Below are positions 36,516-46,817 of a stretch of 46,817 nucleotides of DNA, in pieces. The DNA lies in contig NC_068981.1 of NCBI RefSeq assembly GCF_001194135.2, forward strand, positions 19,462,032 through 19,508,848, in the 5' to 3' direction. The DNA comes from Octopus bimaculoides. Lineage: Eukaryota. Every line of letters begins with the position of its first letter. The first letter of the stretch is position 1. Both the position numbers and the translations under genes were made by a program. The notes under the pieces were generated by a model that worked only from the letters and a program-made list of their open reading frames with translations, did not search any database and was not told where the DNA came from.

Positions 36516-36800
36516 CTCGAAGCTCGTCTCGGTCGGTCACGAATGACCATGGGTGCACCTAAGAGGTTCCCCTCCGCGCACAATTCTGGGTGGAAAGTCA
36601 CCTCACCGGTGAACGCACGACCTAGGGTTGGGATTATGGAAGACTAGCAGTTGCCCATGTATACCAGCATCCCCTCTCCACGCCACCGATTTTATCCAAG
36701 GGAAAGGCAAAGGCCGATACAACTTGGAACCAGTGACGTCACAACTCATTTCTACAGCTGAGTGAACTGGAGCAACGTGAAATAAAAAGTCTTGCTCAAA
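36516..36800 (-). mobile_element. SINE family C, head missing
   Basis: Shares ggtcacgaatgaccatggg..ctctccacgccaccgat..gctgagtgaactggag with 35827-36132. Confidence 0.88.
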
Positions 36801-37440
36801 TTCTGTTTTCTGCTGGAGAAAACAGCGGCCAAAACAGTTGTCATGCTTCAAACAGCTTACAAGGACGCTGCCATGAGTAAAATACAAGTTTACGAGTGGT
36901 TTTCACGCTTTAGGAATGGTCATTTGTCGCTTGAAAACCAACCTTGTTCAGTACAACCGTCGACCTCCTGAACGAATGAAAGCATCGTGAAAATTCATGA
37001 ACGGATCTTCGAGGACCGTCTCTGAACAATTGACGTACTTGTTGATACGAGTGGTGTGTTCTGGAGCTCCTGCCAACGAATTTTGAGCATGGAATTGCGA
37101 ATGGAAAGTGTTGCAGCAAAATTTGTGCCTCGCTTGGTCACAGAAAATCAAAAGCAGTCACGATTGAATACGTGTCCTGAAGTGAAAGAACAGCTAGAAG
37201 TTAATCCGGACCTTTTCTCGAAGATCATCGCTGGTGATGAAAGCTGGTGCTACGGAATTTGCAGATGTGGAAGAGGTGAAGTAAAAGACGGCGGAAGCGC
37301 TAAAAGCACCATTTTGCAAGAGTTTAAGGATTGCTTCGAACAGTGGAAAACGCTCCTGGTCCGATGCATTGCTTCAAATAGAGAATACTTTGAAGGCAAT
37401 AAAAGTGCAAACATGTAAAACTAAGTCAACAAAATAAAAT
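36801..37440 (+). mobile_element. Internally deleted mariner transposase remnant
   Basis: KFCFLLEKTAA..VYEWFSRFRNG, AAKFVPRLVT..KIIAGDESWCYG, then a jump to FKDCFEQWK..RCIASNREYFEG. No intact TIRs seen. Confidence 0.88.
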
Positions 37441-37949
37441 TGCAAAATTCTAACTAAGTAGCTATCAGTTTCCATCGCTTTAAGAAGACGATCTTGTCAT
37501 GCTGAAATAAAAATGAAAAATCATATTGAAATAAACTACATGAAATTTATCTTTTGTAATATCAGATTAATATAATCTAATTTAGTTCAGTATNNNNNNN
37601 NNNNNNNNNNNNNNNNNNNNNNNNNNNNNNNNNNNNNNNNNNNNNNNNNNNNNNNNNNNNNNNNNNNNNNNNNNNNNNNNNNNNNNNNNNNNNNNNNNNN
37701 NNNNNNNNNNNNNNNNNNNNNNNNNNNNNNNNNNNNNNNNNNNNNNNNNNNNNNNNNNNNNNNNNNNNTGTGTATGTATATTTCTGTATGTATGTGTCCG
37801 TATGTACATATGTATGCAAGTTAACATATGCGCATGTATATATATAATACACACACACACACACACACAACACACACACATAGAAATAGATAGACAGATA
37901 GATACCAAAACATACATGCATATATATACATACAAAGAGACTTACATAC

Positions 37950-38015
<66 letters not shown>

Positions 38016-38022
38016 GAGAGAG
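37950..38022. repeat. (AGAT)n/(AG)n microsatellite
   Basis: Seen directly in the sequence. Confidence 0.95.
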
Positions 38023-38739
38023 ATAGATTTTCAAATTTAGATTGATTCTTTCTATGCGTAAAATTTCGAAAAGATTGACATCCGCTGTAATCAAATGTTG
38101 ACACAAATTAATATATATGTTTTAGAACTTTTTAAAATTAATGCTTCTCTCTGATGTTATTCTACATGATTATTCTTCTCTGACTTTTTCTTTCTCTCAT
38201 GAGAACGCTATTTATACTAACAATGTATACTTCTAAAATCCTGATATTGGTTTTTTCATTCATGCAGGACTTGAAACGAGGGATAATTTGGTCACCAAAC
38301 CATCGTCTCGGTATAACCCCGTATTGTTGATTTTCTGAGAATCGCATTTCATTCAGGATACATAGGCCAATGATTCTGAATGTTTCAGTTACGTCATAGG
38401 CATCCACAGGCACATCAAACAGTGAAGACACACAGACATACGCACACTTGCATACACACACACACACACACACACATACATACACACACACACACATGTG
38501 TGTGTGTCACTAATGCATAAACATATATGTATATGTATATATGTATGTGTATATATATGTATGTGTGAGTGTGTATGTATGTGTATGTGTGTATGTGCGT
38601 ATACATAGACATACGAGAATATGTGTGAGTGTGTGTATAGTGATAAAATATTAATAGCAGGGTAAAAATACTAATGAGTCATTAATTAACACTTACAAAT
38701 AAAACAGTCGAGTCTAGATTGCTCCATATTTATTTTAAA

Positions 38740-39330
38740 ACTCTAATTCATTTTTGTTTTATTTTGCGCAATGTCAGTAACTTTCTCTTTGAACTTTGGG
38801 TGACTGCTCAAGAAAATTTTCACTGTTGAAATCATTGCGAGTGCATTTTACCTTCCCTGGTTCATTGTAGCCCTCAGAAGAATTTTTGTTCTTTTTTAAT
38901 GTTGAAAAAAAAATCGTTCAGGCTCTAATGTAGTCATAGAACTTTTCAAGTGGATGTTTATCAGTTTCATAATTCCACCTTGAACATAATCTAAATTATT
39001 TTCTAAGATAAATCTCAGAGGGTCAGTTAACCTGCAATATTCACGCTTATCGGATCTATTGTAGAATAATCTAAGTTCAGCTTCAAGTTCTTTTCTTTTT
39101 TTTCTCTTTGTCAATCAAGGGACATGCTTCAGTGGTTAATCCAACCTCCTCTATAAGCAGTTTATTCTTAAAACTAGTGAAGCTTTTCTTGTTGAATAAT
39201 TCAGCAGCTGCTAATTGTTTAGTGAAGGAATATCTCTCCACTATATCAACACATACTCAACCGCATACTTCCTTTGCTTCTTTGACTTTCGATGTTTGTT
39301 TTTTCTGTTGTTTTCTTTCTTTTTCAATAT
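38740..39330 (-). mobile_element. hAT transposase C-terminal (dimerisation domain) remnant
   Basis: KLINIHLKSSMTTLEPERFF..KRTKILLRATMNQGR*NALAMIS..PKFKEKVTD resembles TxPMTTAEPERCFSTLKRIKTxLRxTMxQxRLNALAMLS. Confidence 0.82.
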
Positions 39331-41159
39331 GTCTCTAAAACCGTCTTTTGTCCACGCTTCATTATCACCTCCAAACAACAAATATGGAAAAACCAAATGC
39401 ATTTTTGCTTCACAACCAAAACGCTGAGGTTTTTTGGGGTTTTTTTTTCATTTTTTCTTTCTTTTTTGTTTTGATTTCATTCTGAATCAAAGCTACAAAA
39501 TGTCGTCTGCTACTGATATATTTGTTTTTAAATCCAATACGTTCATAAAAGATATTATCTCCGGACGAATACCGCAGTTAACTTGCTTTTTCGCGATATA
39601 TTTACCTTAATTATGATACACACATGGCTATTATACTCCCTTTGCTGCTTATTCCTAGCTGAGGTATTTTGAATATCAGTGGTAATGGATGGAGTCTTGT
39701 TTTGACGGCTACTTTCTCCTGAAGTGACAACTACAAAAAATGAAGTCCATCCAATATCACAGGACGTAGGGAGGCATAAAAGTCATGATTATTAACTGAA
39801 ATTATTCTATAAGTATATTATATCATTTGCAATGTATTGTGTGTATGTGTATGTGTGTGTGTGTGTTATACATATCTCGGTTTAAAATAGGAGTACTACA
39901 GTTCTACAGTGCCCACAGACGAACCGCCACAAGAACGTACAAAAAGTGTTATATTCATTTTCGCTTATTTCTAAGCAGTACAATCTATTACGAAATATCA
40001 AAATATTTCTTCATACTTCTGCGACCTGATTACTGTTGTGGTTCCACTCTGTGGATAATCTGTTTCTGGGAAGTTTTCTTTTCTATCATTTCGTACTTAT
40101 TTATTATATAATTTGGTCAAATAATGTTTGAAATAGTCGCCTAAAGTATTAGATTCTTGCTAAGTTGATTATTTAACCGTTTTGGTAAAAAAAAAAAAAA
40201 TTCTAAAAGCATGGACCGCTACAACCAAAACAGAAACTATAACTATACCGTGGAAATATGACCGTGGTCATTGCACAGACACTGTAACTGGTTATGAACT
40301 TATATCAAACTTTAAGGGAAGTTTTACTATTTACTTAGAGAAGTCACTAAGCGAAAGACTAAATGTGACACGAGTGGATAGAAAACCTACAGATTTGATC
40401 GATAAAGTTACCCAAGAAAACCAAGTACGAAATGTAGCTCCCAATTGAATTGTCTTATTGTGCCGTGTTGCAATTAATATTCACTAGCAGATAGTAACTG
40501 AGATCGATCGATATGTTAAGAACATACAACCAAAATAGATCACCTCTCTCTCTCTCACTCATTCCCTTTCTTTTTCTCTCTTCCTCTCGCGCTCTCTCAC
40601 TTTCTCTCCCTCTCCCTTCCTCAAAAGAAAAAATACTCAAGAATATACAGAAAAGCTCCAACATTTGGAGAGTGTCATTAGTTGCAAAGTGAATAGGGGC
40701 TGACGAACAAGATGAGATTTTATCATATGCTGTCCAAAATCTCTGAGAACTGCCTATGAGAGACACTAACTGATAAAATAATGCCCTTAAACAGGGACAA
40801 CGAGCGGTATATTAAGAGCTTTCTTATCGTGGGAAATTACAATAATGAGAGACGAGAAACTACAAGTTTACGTTAAACCCCAAAATTGTATATCGTAGCA
40901 TAGATAACTATAGAATCAAGATTGTAAAATTCTCCTCTTCACGATAATCCAATATCTATGTCTGAATTCATGCCGACCAGTCTCATGGCCTTTTGCTGGA
41001 TGGAGTCTACTATATCTTTGTGTATGCAGCAGCACCGTTTCAGACATGCGACCAATGCTACTTTGTGAATAGTACGAAAAAATCTTGCTTTTGAGAGATG
41101 GTCTCTAAGCTTGCTGCGTGTCTACATATCTTTTTGGTAAACCTCACAAAATAAACAAT

Positions 41160-41202
<43 letters not shown>

Positions 41203-41246
41203 AGAGTATTGTAGTTCGCTTGAAGCACTGTGCATTGTTTGTAAAG

Positions 41247-41482
41247 AATAAAAAGTTTTGAATGATACAACAATGCACTATAATACAAAGATGGACTACA
41301 TACCTGTTGTAGATATTTCGGAATACACTTCCTTCTTCAGATATTCTTAGTCGAGCGACTCCATCTAAGAATATCTGAAGAAGGAATTGTATTCCGAAAT
41401 ATCATCGGACTATAGATAACTAAATTACAACAGGTATATAGTTCATTTTTGCATTATAGTGCAGTGTTGTACTATTCAAAAC

Positions 41483-41490
<8 letters not shown>
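41247..41490. repeat. Long imperfect inverted repeat carrying two hammerhead-like cores
   Basis: Arms 41247-41350 and 41365-41490 with a 14-nt loop. CTGAAGA-A-GGAA-ttgta-TTCC-GAAA-TATC at 41375-41403 (+) and its mirror at 41312-41340 (-). Confidence 0.85.
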
Positions 41491-41553
<63 letters not shown>

Positions 41554-42200
41554 GCAGAAGAATATTTCGATTTAAGCCTGCATGTCTTTGTGAGCCACCT
41601 GCAAATTTATAAACTTTCTTGCAATGTCCTGCATGTTACGTAGTCTTTTATCACGAACATACTGTAATCAACCTTTTGTTAGACCTGGTGATTTCGTTAG
41701 TGATTTGGGAGCCCTGCCTGAGAAAGACATATATCACAGGCTAAGTTCACCTCATTCCACTTCACAAATTGCACGTTTACGTGCAGATCACTTAGATTCT
41801 CCATGATAAATGTGCGCTTTTTGCAAAAATAGCCATATCATCCTTTATCCATTTTTCCATTAGTGGCGATCAAAAGCCATTTCTTTCCCAGTTGACATCC
41901 CTTATTTCAAATACTTTCAACGAAGACATCACGCACTCCTTAAACGGTGGACTTGGTTTGCACGGAGAAAGCCTCCCATATACCAGCATCTGCTTTGAAA
42001 TCTTCTGATCATTCATACGTACAAGGTCCAACGTAAACGATGCTTGTGTATTAATACGCCAATTTTCAAAACCACTGCGTTCAAAGGCTGTTAAAAACCA
42101 GCTGACATTCAGAATGCCTTTACCGCAAATGATATTTGTACATCAGAGATATGTAAATATCAGGTTACAAGTTATGTACGTATTTATACAAATCCCACTT
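41486..42200 (-). mobile_element. RTE-clade LINE 3' end with (TAA)n tail
   Basis: GILNVSW..LVRMNDQKISKQML..YGRL..PFKECVMSSLKVFEI..NWE..CDICLSQAGLPNH*. Tail (att)n on the plus strand at ~41486-41550. Confidence 0.82.
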
Positions 42201-42319
42201 GATTGAAATAGAACTCTCTCAACTGAAATAAAGAAAACTTAATTTGCTCGTATCTCATTTGAATTCTGTGAAGAAAAGTTCTAATAAATTTCAAGGAAAA
42301 TATGTCTTATCTTTTCTTC

Positions 42320-42567
42320 TATTTACTCCTTCTAGTCACTAGACTGCGGTCATGCAGAGGCTCCACCTGGAAGGGTTTAGTCGAACAAACCGACGCCAGC
42401 ACTTGTTTTCAAGTTCGGTGCTTATTCTATCGATCTCTTCTACCGATCCATCTACAAACTTACGGGTACCGAAACTAATCAACACCGGATGTCAAGCGGT
42501 GAAAGATAACTATAGACACACATACACACACACACATGCATACACACACACATGCATACACACACAA

Positions 42568-42599
<32 letters not shown>

Positions 42600-42603
42600 G
42601 CGC

Positions 42604-42635
<32 letters not shown>

Positions 42636-42924
42636 NNNNNNNNNNNNNNNNNNNNNNNNNNNNNNNNNNNNNNNNNNNNNNNNNNNNNNNNNNNNNNNNN
42701 NNNNNNNNNNNNNNNNNNNNNNNNNNNNNNNNNNNNNNNNNNNNNNNNNNNNNNNNNNNNNNNNNNNNNNNNNNNNNNNNNNNNNNNNNNNNNNNNNNNN
42801 NNNNNNNNNNNNNNNNNNNNNNNNNNNNNNNNNNNNNNNNNNNNNNNNNNNNNNNNNNNNNNNNNNNNNNNNNNNNNNNNNNNNNNNNNNNNNNNNNNNN
42901 NNNNNNNNNNNNNNNNNNNNNNNN

Positions 42925-42966
<42 letters not shown>

Positions 42967-43060
42967 TATGTGTGTGTGTCTATACTTCCCTCCACCATCG
43001 CTTGACAACTGATGTTGGTGTATTTACGAACCCGTAAACTAGCAGTTCGTCAAAATAGAA
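42320..43060. mobile_element. Two oppositely oriented family-A SINE 3' halves flanking a gap
   Basis: Minus copy at ~42320-42635 and plus copy at ~42925-43060. Confidence 0.75.
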
Positions 43061-43705
43061 TGACTTGCCTTCAACCCAGGCGGATAGGTGGTGCTGATAA
43101 GCCACAAAAATGGCGAAACATCGATGTCCATCACTCCCGAATGGGATTGCGGGTTAGTTATCTCCTCTGTCCATGGTTTTAACACCGGCGGTATGTGATT
43201 TATATACTCTGCTACGCCACTGCAGCCAGCAAAAAATACACAAAATATATACATTAGTTAACAACAGAATGAATTTAAGAAAAGCATCTAAATATGAAAC
43301 ATCATGAAAATAGTTCAAACGGAAGTCCTTCTTGAGCGACACATTTTTCCGTTCGAGTATTTATGGAATTTTGCTTTTACTGTCGGGTGACTTTTGACCA
43401 AATTGTATATATGACGGACATCTTTCAGGAGAGAGAGAGAGAGAGATGGGGTTAGTTAGCTCCACCGACCCGATGTCAAGTTGGGCCTATAACTTTCTGG
43501 TCACTGCAACCGTCTTAGCTTGCTGAGACACTGTTGTCAGACCTCCAAGTCTGAAAAGCGGGATTGGATTGCGCAAAGTGGCACACAGTTAAAACTATTG
43601 GGTGTATGCGAGACGGAAAGCACTGCAGTATCAAAGATCACTTTACATAGCCACTTGCGGGCGTTACCCACTTCCATATGATCTTGGAACACGAAGAAAC
43701 AGTGA

Positions 43706-43756
<51 letters not shown>

Positions 43757-44246
43757 CACGCACGCACACACACGAGCTCATAGATGTGTACATGTAATCA
43801 GTTTATCAACAGAATGTATTTAGCATCACTTTTGAAACTGCTTCACATTACAAATATGATACATAAGTAGAAGAGATAACAAGGAAGGTACGATATACTG
43901 GCCCTCTACGCAGCAACAATTTGGATCAACCAGGAATGATGTAGTGACCGATAAAAACGTGTGACAGTTTAGAAATGAGTAACAGAATAACAATGCAATT
44001 ATAAAACCATCTTCAAATACCGGATATACATACACACACACATACACGCATGCATACATACATACATACATGCATACATACTTGGATAAGATAACAGGCG
44101 ATTGAAGGTCGCAGTGGTATATAACTTGAGTCACAGGAAAAAGAATTCGATGTACATGAACGTGTGTGGTTATATGTATGTATATATGTATAAATATCTA
44201 TCTATTTATCTCTGTCCTCCCTACCTCTCTCTTCTCTCTCCCTCTA

Positions 44247-44291
<45 letters not shown>

Positions 44292-44337
44292 ATGTATGTA
44301 TGTATGTATGTGTGTATGTATGTATGTATGTATAGAA

Positions 44338-44530
44338 GTAGGCGTTCGGCCTTAGTGTAGCGTATTGCACTCGTGATTACTGCATCGTGTGTTCGACTCC
44401 CAGACCAGACAGCTTACCCAATTGCAGTTGAGTAGATAGGAGCATCGAGAAAGCAAGTGTTTTTACTCAAAAACACAACGCGATCGCCGTTCTGGAGTCG
44501 AAACGACGATCTTCTAATCGTGAATGCAAC
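44338..44530. mobile_element. Decayed tRNA-SINE head fragments in opposite orientations
   Basis: gtgttcgactcccagacc on the plus strand; gtttcgactccag..gttgtgtttttgagtaaaaacac on the minus strand. Confidence 0.5.
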
Positions 44531-44701
44531 ATGTGTGTATATGTAAATGTGTATGGGCATGTATACATCTATGTGTGTGTGTCAGTGCGTGTGTGCCTGT
44601 GTAACGGCTTTTCTTTTAAACGCACGACTGAGCTTCAGTTTTATCATTATTGTTTGTATTTTATGAAGGTTTGTTCCTTATTTCCTTATTAAACCTTTAT
44701 A

Positions 44702-44988
44702 GTTTGTTCGGAACAATAAAGTTGGTGAGTCCATCGACATTTCTAGACCTTTCTCTTGGTCTTATCATCTGGGGGAACTGTTTATTATCGCTGTTCGGTA
44801 TTACCATTTATTGTAGGTGAGATTCATGTGAGTGATGTGTTTTGTCTCTTTCCAAGTTCTTATCGCAGGGTTTTGACATTTTTTTTTTCTTTGAGCCATT
44901 AACGTCACAGTTCTTTCAGCGACCAGAAGATAAAACTAAGAAGGTTAAGAAATGTCCTTGTGCCATGGATTTATTGTTCCGAACAATG
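44702..44988. mobile_element. ~287-bp TA-flanked MITE
   Basis: TIR ttgttcggaacaataaa (17/19 match) at 44702-44720 and 44970-44988, with TA on both sides. Confidence 0.78.
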
Positions 44989-46399
44989 TATAAAAGACTA
45001 ATAATGAAGTATGAAATATCCTCGCTAAAAATAAAATATAACTAGAGCGTAATCGTGTTTTTACAATAGCACTCAAACATACACATACGCATACATATAC
45101 ACAAGCATACATCATACACATCAAATAATACACATTCTATTCACATACAGATATACACACACGCTTCAATATAACCGCACTTAGAAATCACATACATGGA
45201 CGCACAAATGTATATATAGAGAGAGAGATGGGGAGAGAGAGACAGAGAGAGGATTGAGAGACAGATGGAGGAGGAGAGAAGGTGACAGAGAGAGAGGGAG
45301 AGAGAGAGAGAGAAAGAGAGACAGACTGACAGAGAAACGCCATAAGAATTTAGAAACTTCGAAAATGTGAAATGATTAATTTTGGAAAAGTGAATCTCGA
45401 AACAGATGATGTTATAAACAGTAGAATGTAAATATTGGTTTACAAAAACACTTAAGATTGAAAAAGTCGAAGGCTGCCTGTGTGACTTGAACCCACGTCT
45501 CGTTTAAACATGAAAAGCGTTCTGTTCGACTGTTTCTCTCCAAAGGGTTTTAATCCAAGATCTTCACGATATTATGTATAGCTTTATCTACTTCGAGAGA
45601 CCTCCCCAGTTCCATATACACACACATACTCACACAAGTAAACACATACACACATACACACACAGGTAAGCCCATAAGGTAGAAAAAATAGTACTCAGCT
45701 ATCAAATGCATATATGTACATATATGTGTCTGTGTGTGTGTACATATATANNNNNNNNNNNNNNNNNNNNNNNNNNNNNNNNNNNNNNNNNNNNNNNNNN
45801 NNNNNNNNNNNNNNNNNNNNNNNNNNNNNNNNNNNNNNNNNNNNNNNNNNNNNNNNNNNNNNNNNNNNNNNNNNNNNNNNNNNNNNNNNNNNNNNNNNNN
45901 NNNNNNNNNNNNNNNNNNNNNNNNNNNNNNNNNNNNNNNNNNNNNNNNNNNNNNNNNNNNNNNNNNNNNNNNNNNNNNNNNNNNNNNNNNNNNNNNNNNN
46001 NNNNNNNNNNNNNNNNNNNNNNNNNNNNNNNNNNNNNNNNNNNNNNNNNNNNNNNNNNNNNNNNNNNNNNNNNNNNNNNNNNNNNNNNNNNNNNNNNNNN
46101 NNNNNNNNNNNNNNNNNNNNNNNNNNNNNNNNNNNNNNNNNNNNNNNNNNNNNATCCAATTAACTAAAAGCTTGGCTTGTTTACGCTTTTCCCTCCGGTT
46201 TTTTGTTCTATGTGTGCCATAAATATCGCCATCCACTTTAGAGAAAATTTGTAGTTTGGAATCAGTAGTTCTTTGACTGCTATTTCTAAATTTTCAGTAT
46301 GTTGGAGAAGCAACTCAATTGCTAATCCCTGTATATTTATAATGATATATATATATATATATAGTTATGGTGATGTACTCAAAATATGAATATATCTTT

Positions 46400-46560
46400 T
46401 AATCTTTTTTATTTGTCTTAGTTATTAGACTGCGGTCATGCTGGGGCACCACTTTGAAGAAGTTTAGTCGAACGAATCGATCTCAGTGCTTCTTTTTATT
46501 TTTTGTAAGCCTGTTACTTATTATATCGGATCTCTTTTGCCGAACCGCTAAGTTACGGGG
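46400..46560 (-). mobile_element. SINE family A, 3' fragment
   Basis: gactgcggtcatgctggggcacc..tttagtcga..ccgctaagttacgggg. Confidence 0.85.
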
Positions 46561-46817
46561 ATTGCTGTTGTTTGTTGTTCATTCTGCAGTCGTTATTTGA
46601 TTGCTGTTATTCTGTGCGTCTGTGTGTAAAGATCAGTTGTGTTTTGAATGGGTTACTTTATTTTTACCCTTAACTTAGAAATGGAGAAAGACATGTTGCT
46701 AGATATAAAAAAAAAAACCATTTGGGGCGATAAATAAAACGGGAAAACGTGGAATTCTTCAAACAGGCATGTGTCTTATACGAAATCTGTGATGAGCTCG
46801 AGTGACGCTGATGACCT

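Larger units (their letters stand above)
1550..46153. other. Assembly gaps: 1550-1770, 4419-4722, 7521-7530, 10341-11224, 18413-18636, 19873-20410, 32330-32706, 35010-35230, 37594-37768, 42636-~42924, 45751-46153
   Basis: N runs, most abutting microsatellites. Confidence 0.99.

Noticed and set aside
39498-39512. caaaATGtcgtctgc as a gene start
   Set aside because: The frame closes after a short distance and the site is adjacent to the hAT remnant.
40182-40448. 88-aa ORF in unique sequence
   Set aside because: No ATG start, no recognisable motif and no convincing splice pair. The length is within chance.
43069-43219. Open 151-bp minus-strand exon candidate (GVAEYINHIPPVLKPW..GLK) with AG acceptor and GC donor
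   Set aside because: The donor lies at a SINE truncation point, the start CAGTGGCGTAGC is a common DNA-transposon terminus, and I recognise no homology. Kept only as a weak possibility.
1460-46236. Dozens of ORFs made of HT/YI/VC/MYVC repeats or X runs
   Set aside because: They are translations of microsatellites and N gaps, not genes.
46680-46817. Possible transposase or gene start at the window end
   Set aside because: Too short, contains stops, and is cut by the window edge.

Overview
This is an AT-rich, repeat-saturated eukaryotic window with 11 assembly gaps, most flanked by microsatellites. The SINE and LINE repertoire matches what I recognise from Octopus genomes; the organism is inferred, not shown. 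I found no intact protein-coding gene. Almost all listed ORFs are microsatellite or N artefacts, or decayed transposon fragments. Transposon content includes R4/Dong-like RLE LINEs, L1/Tx1 pieces, RTE 3' ends, a CR1/L2-like RT scrap, a Penelope-like RT remnant, two mariner remnants, a hAT transposase remnant, several MITEs and at least four tRNA-derived SINE families. There are also three locus-specific degenerate minisatellites. The two most interesting signals are (i) an R4/Dong-like LINE lineage whose copies sit in (ATAC)n/(TATG)n tracts and carry such a tract in their own 3' UTR, so they nest into each other, and (ii) a ~245-bp inverted repeat whose two arms each carry a minimal hammerhead-ribozyme-like core. 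There are weak hints of host exons or a promoter at 15691-15800 and ~32914-32990. All family calls come from motif recognition by eye; no database search was run. Boundaries are approximate unless a TIR or TSD is quoted.
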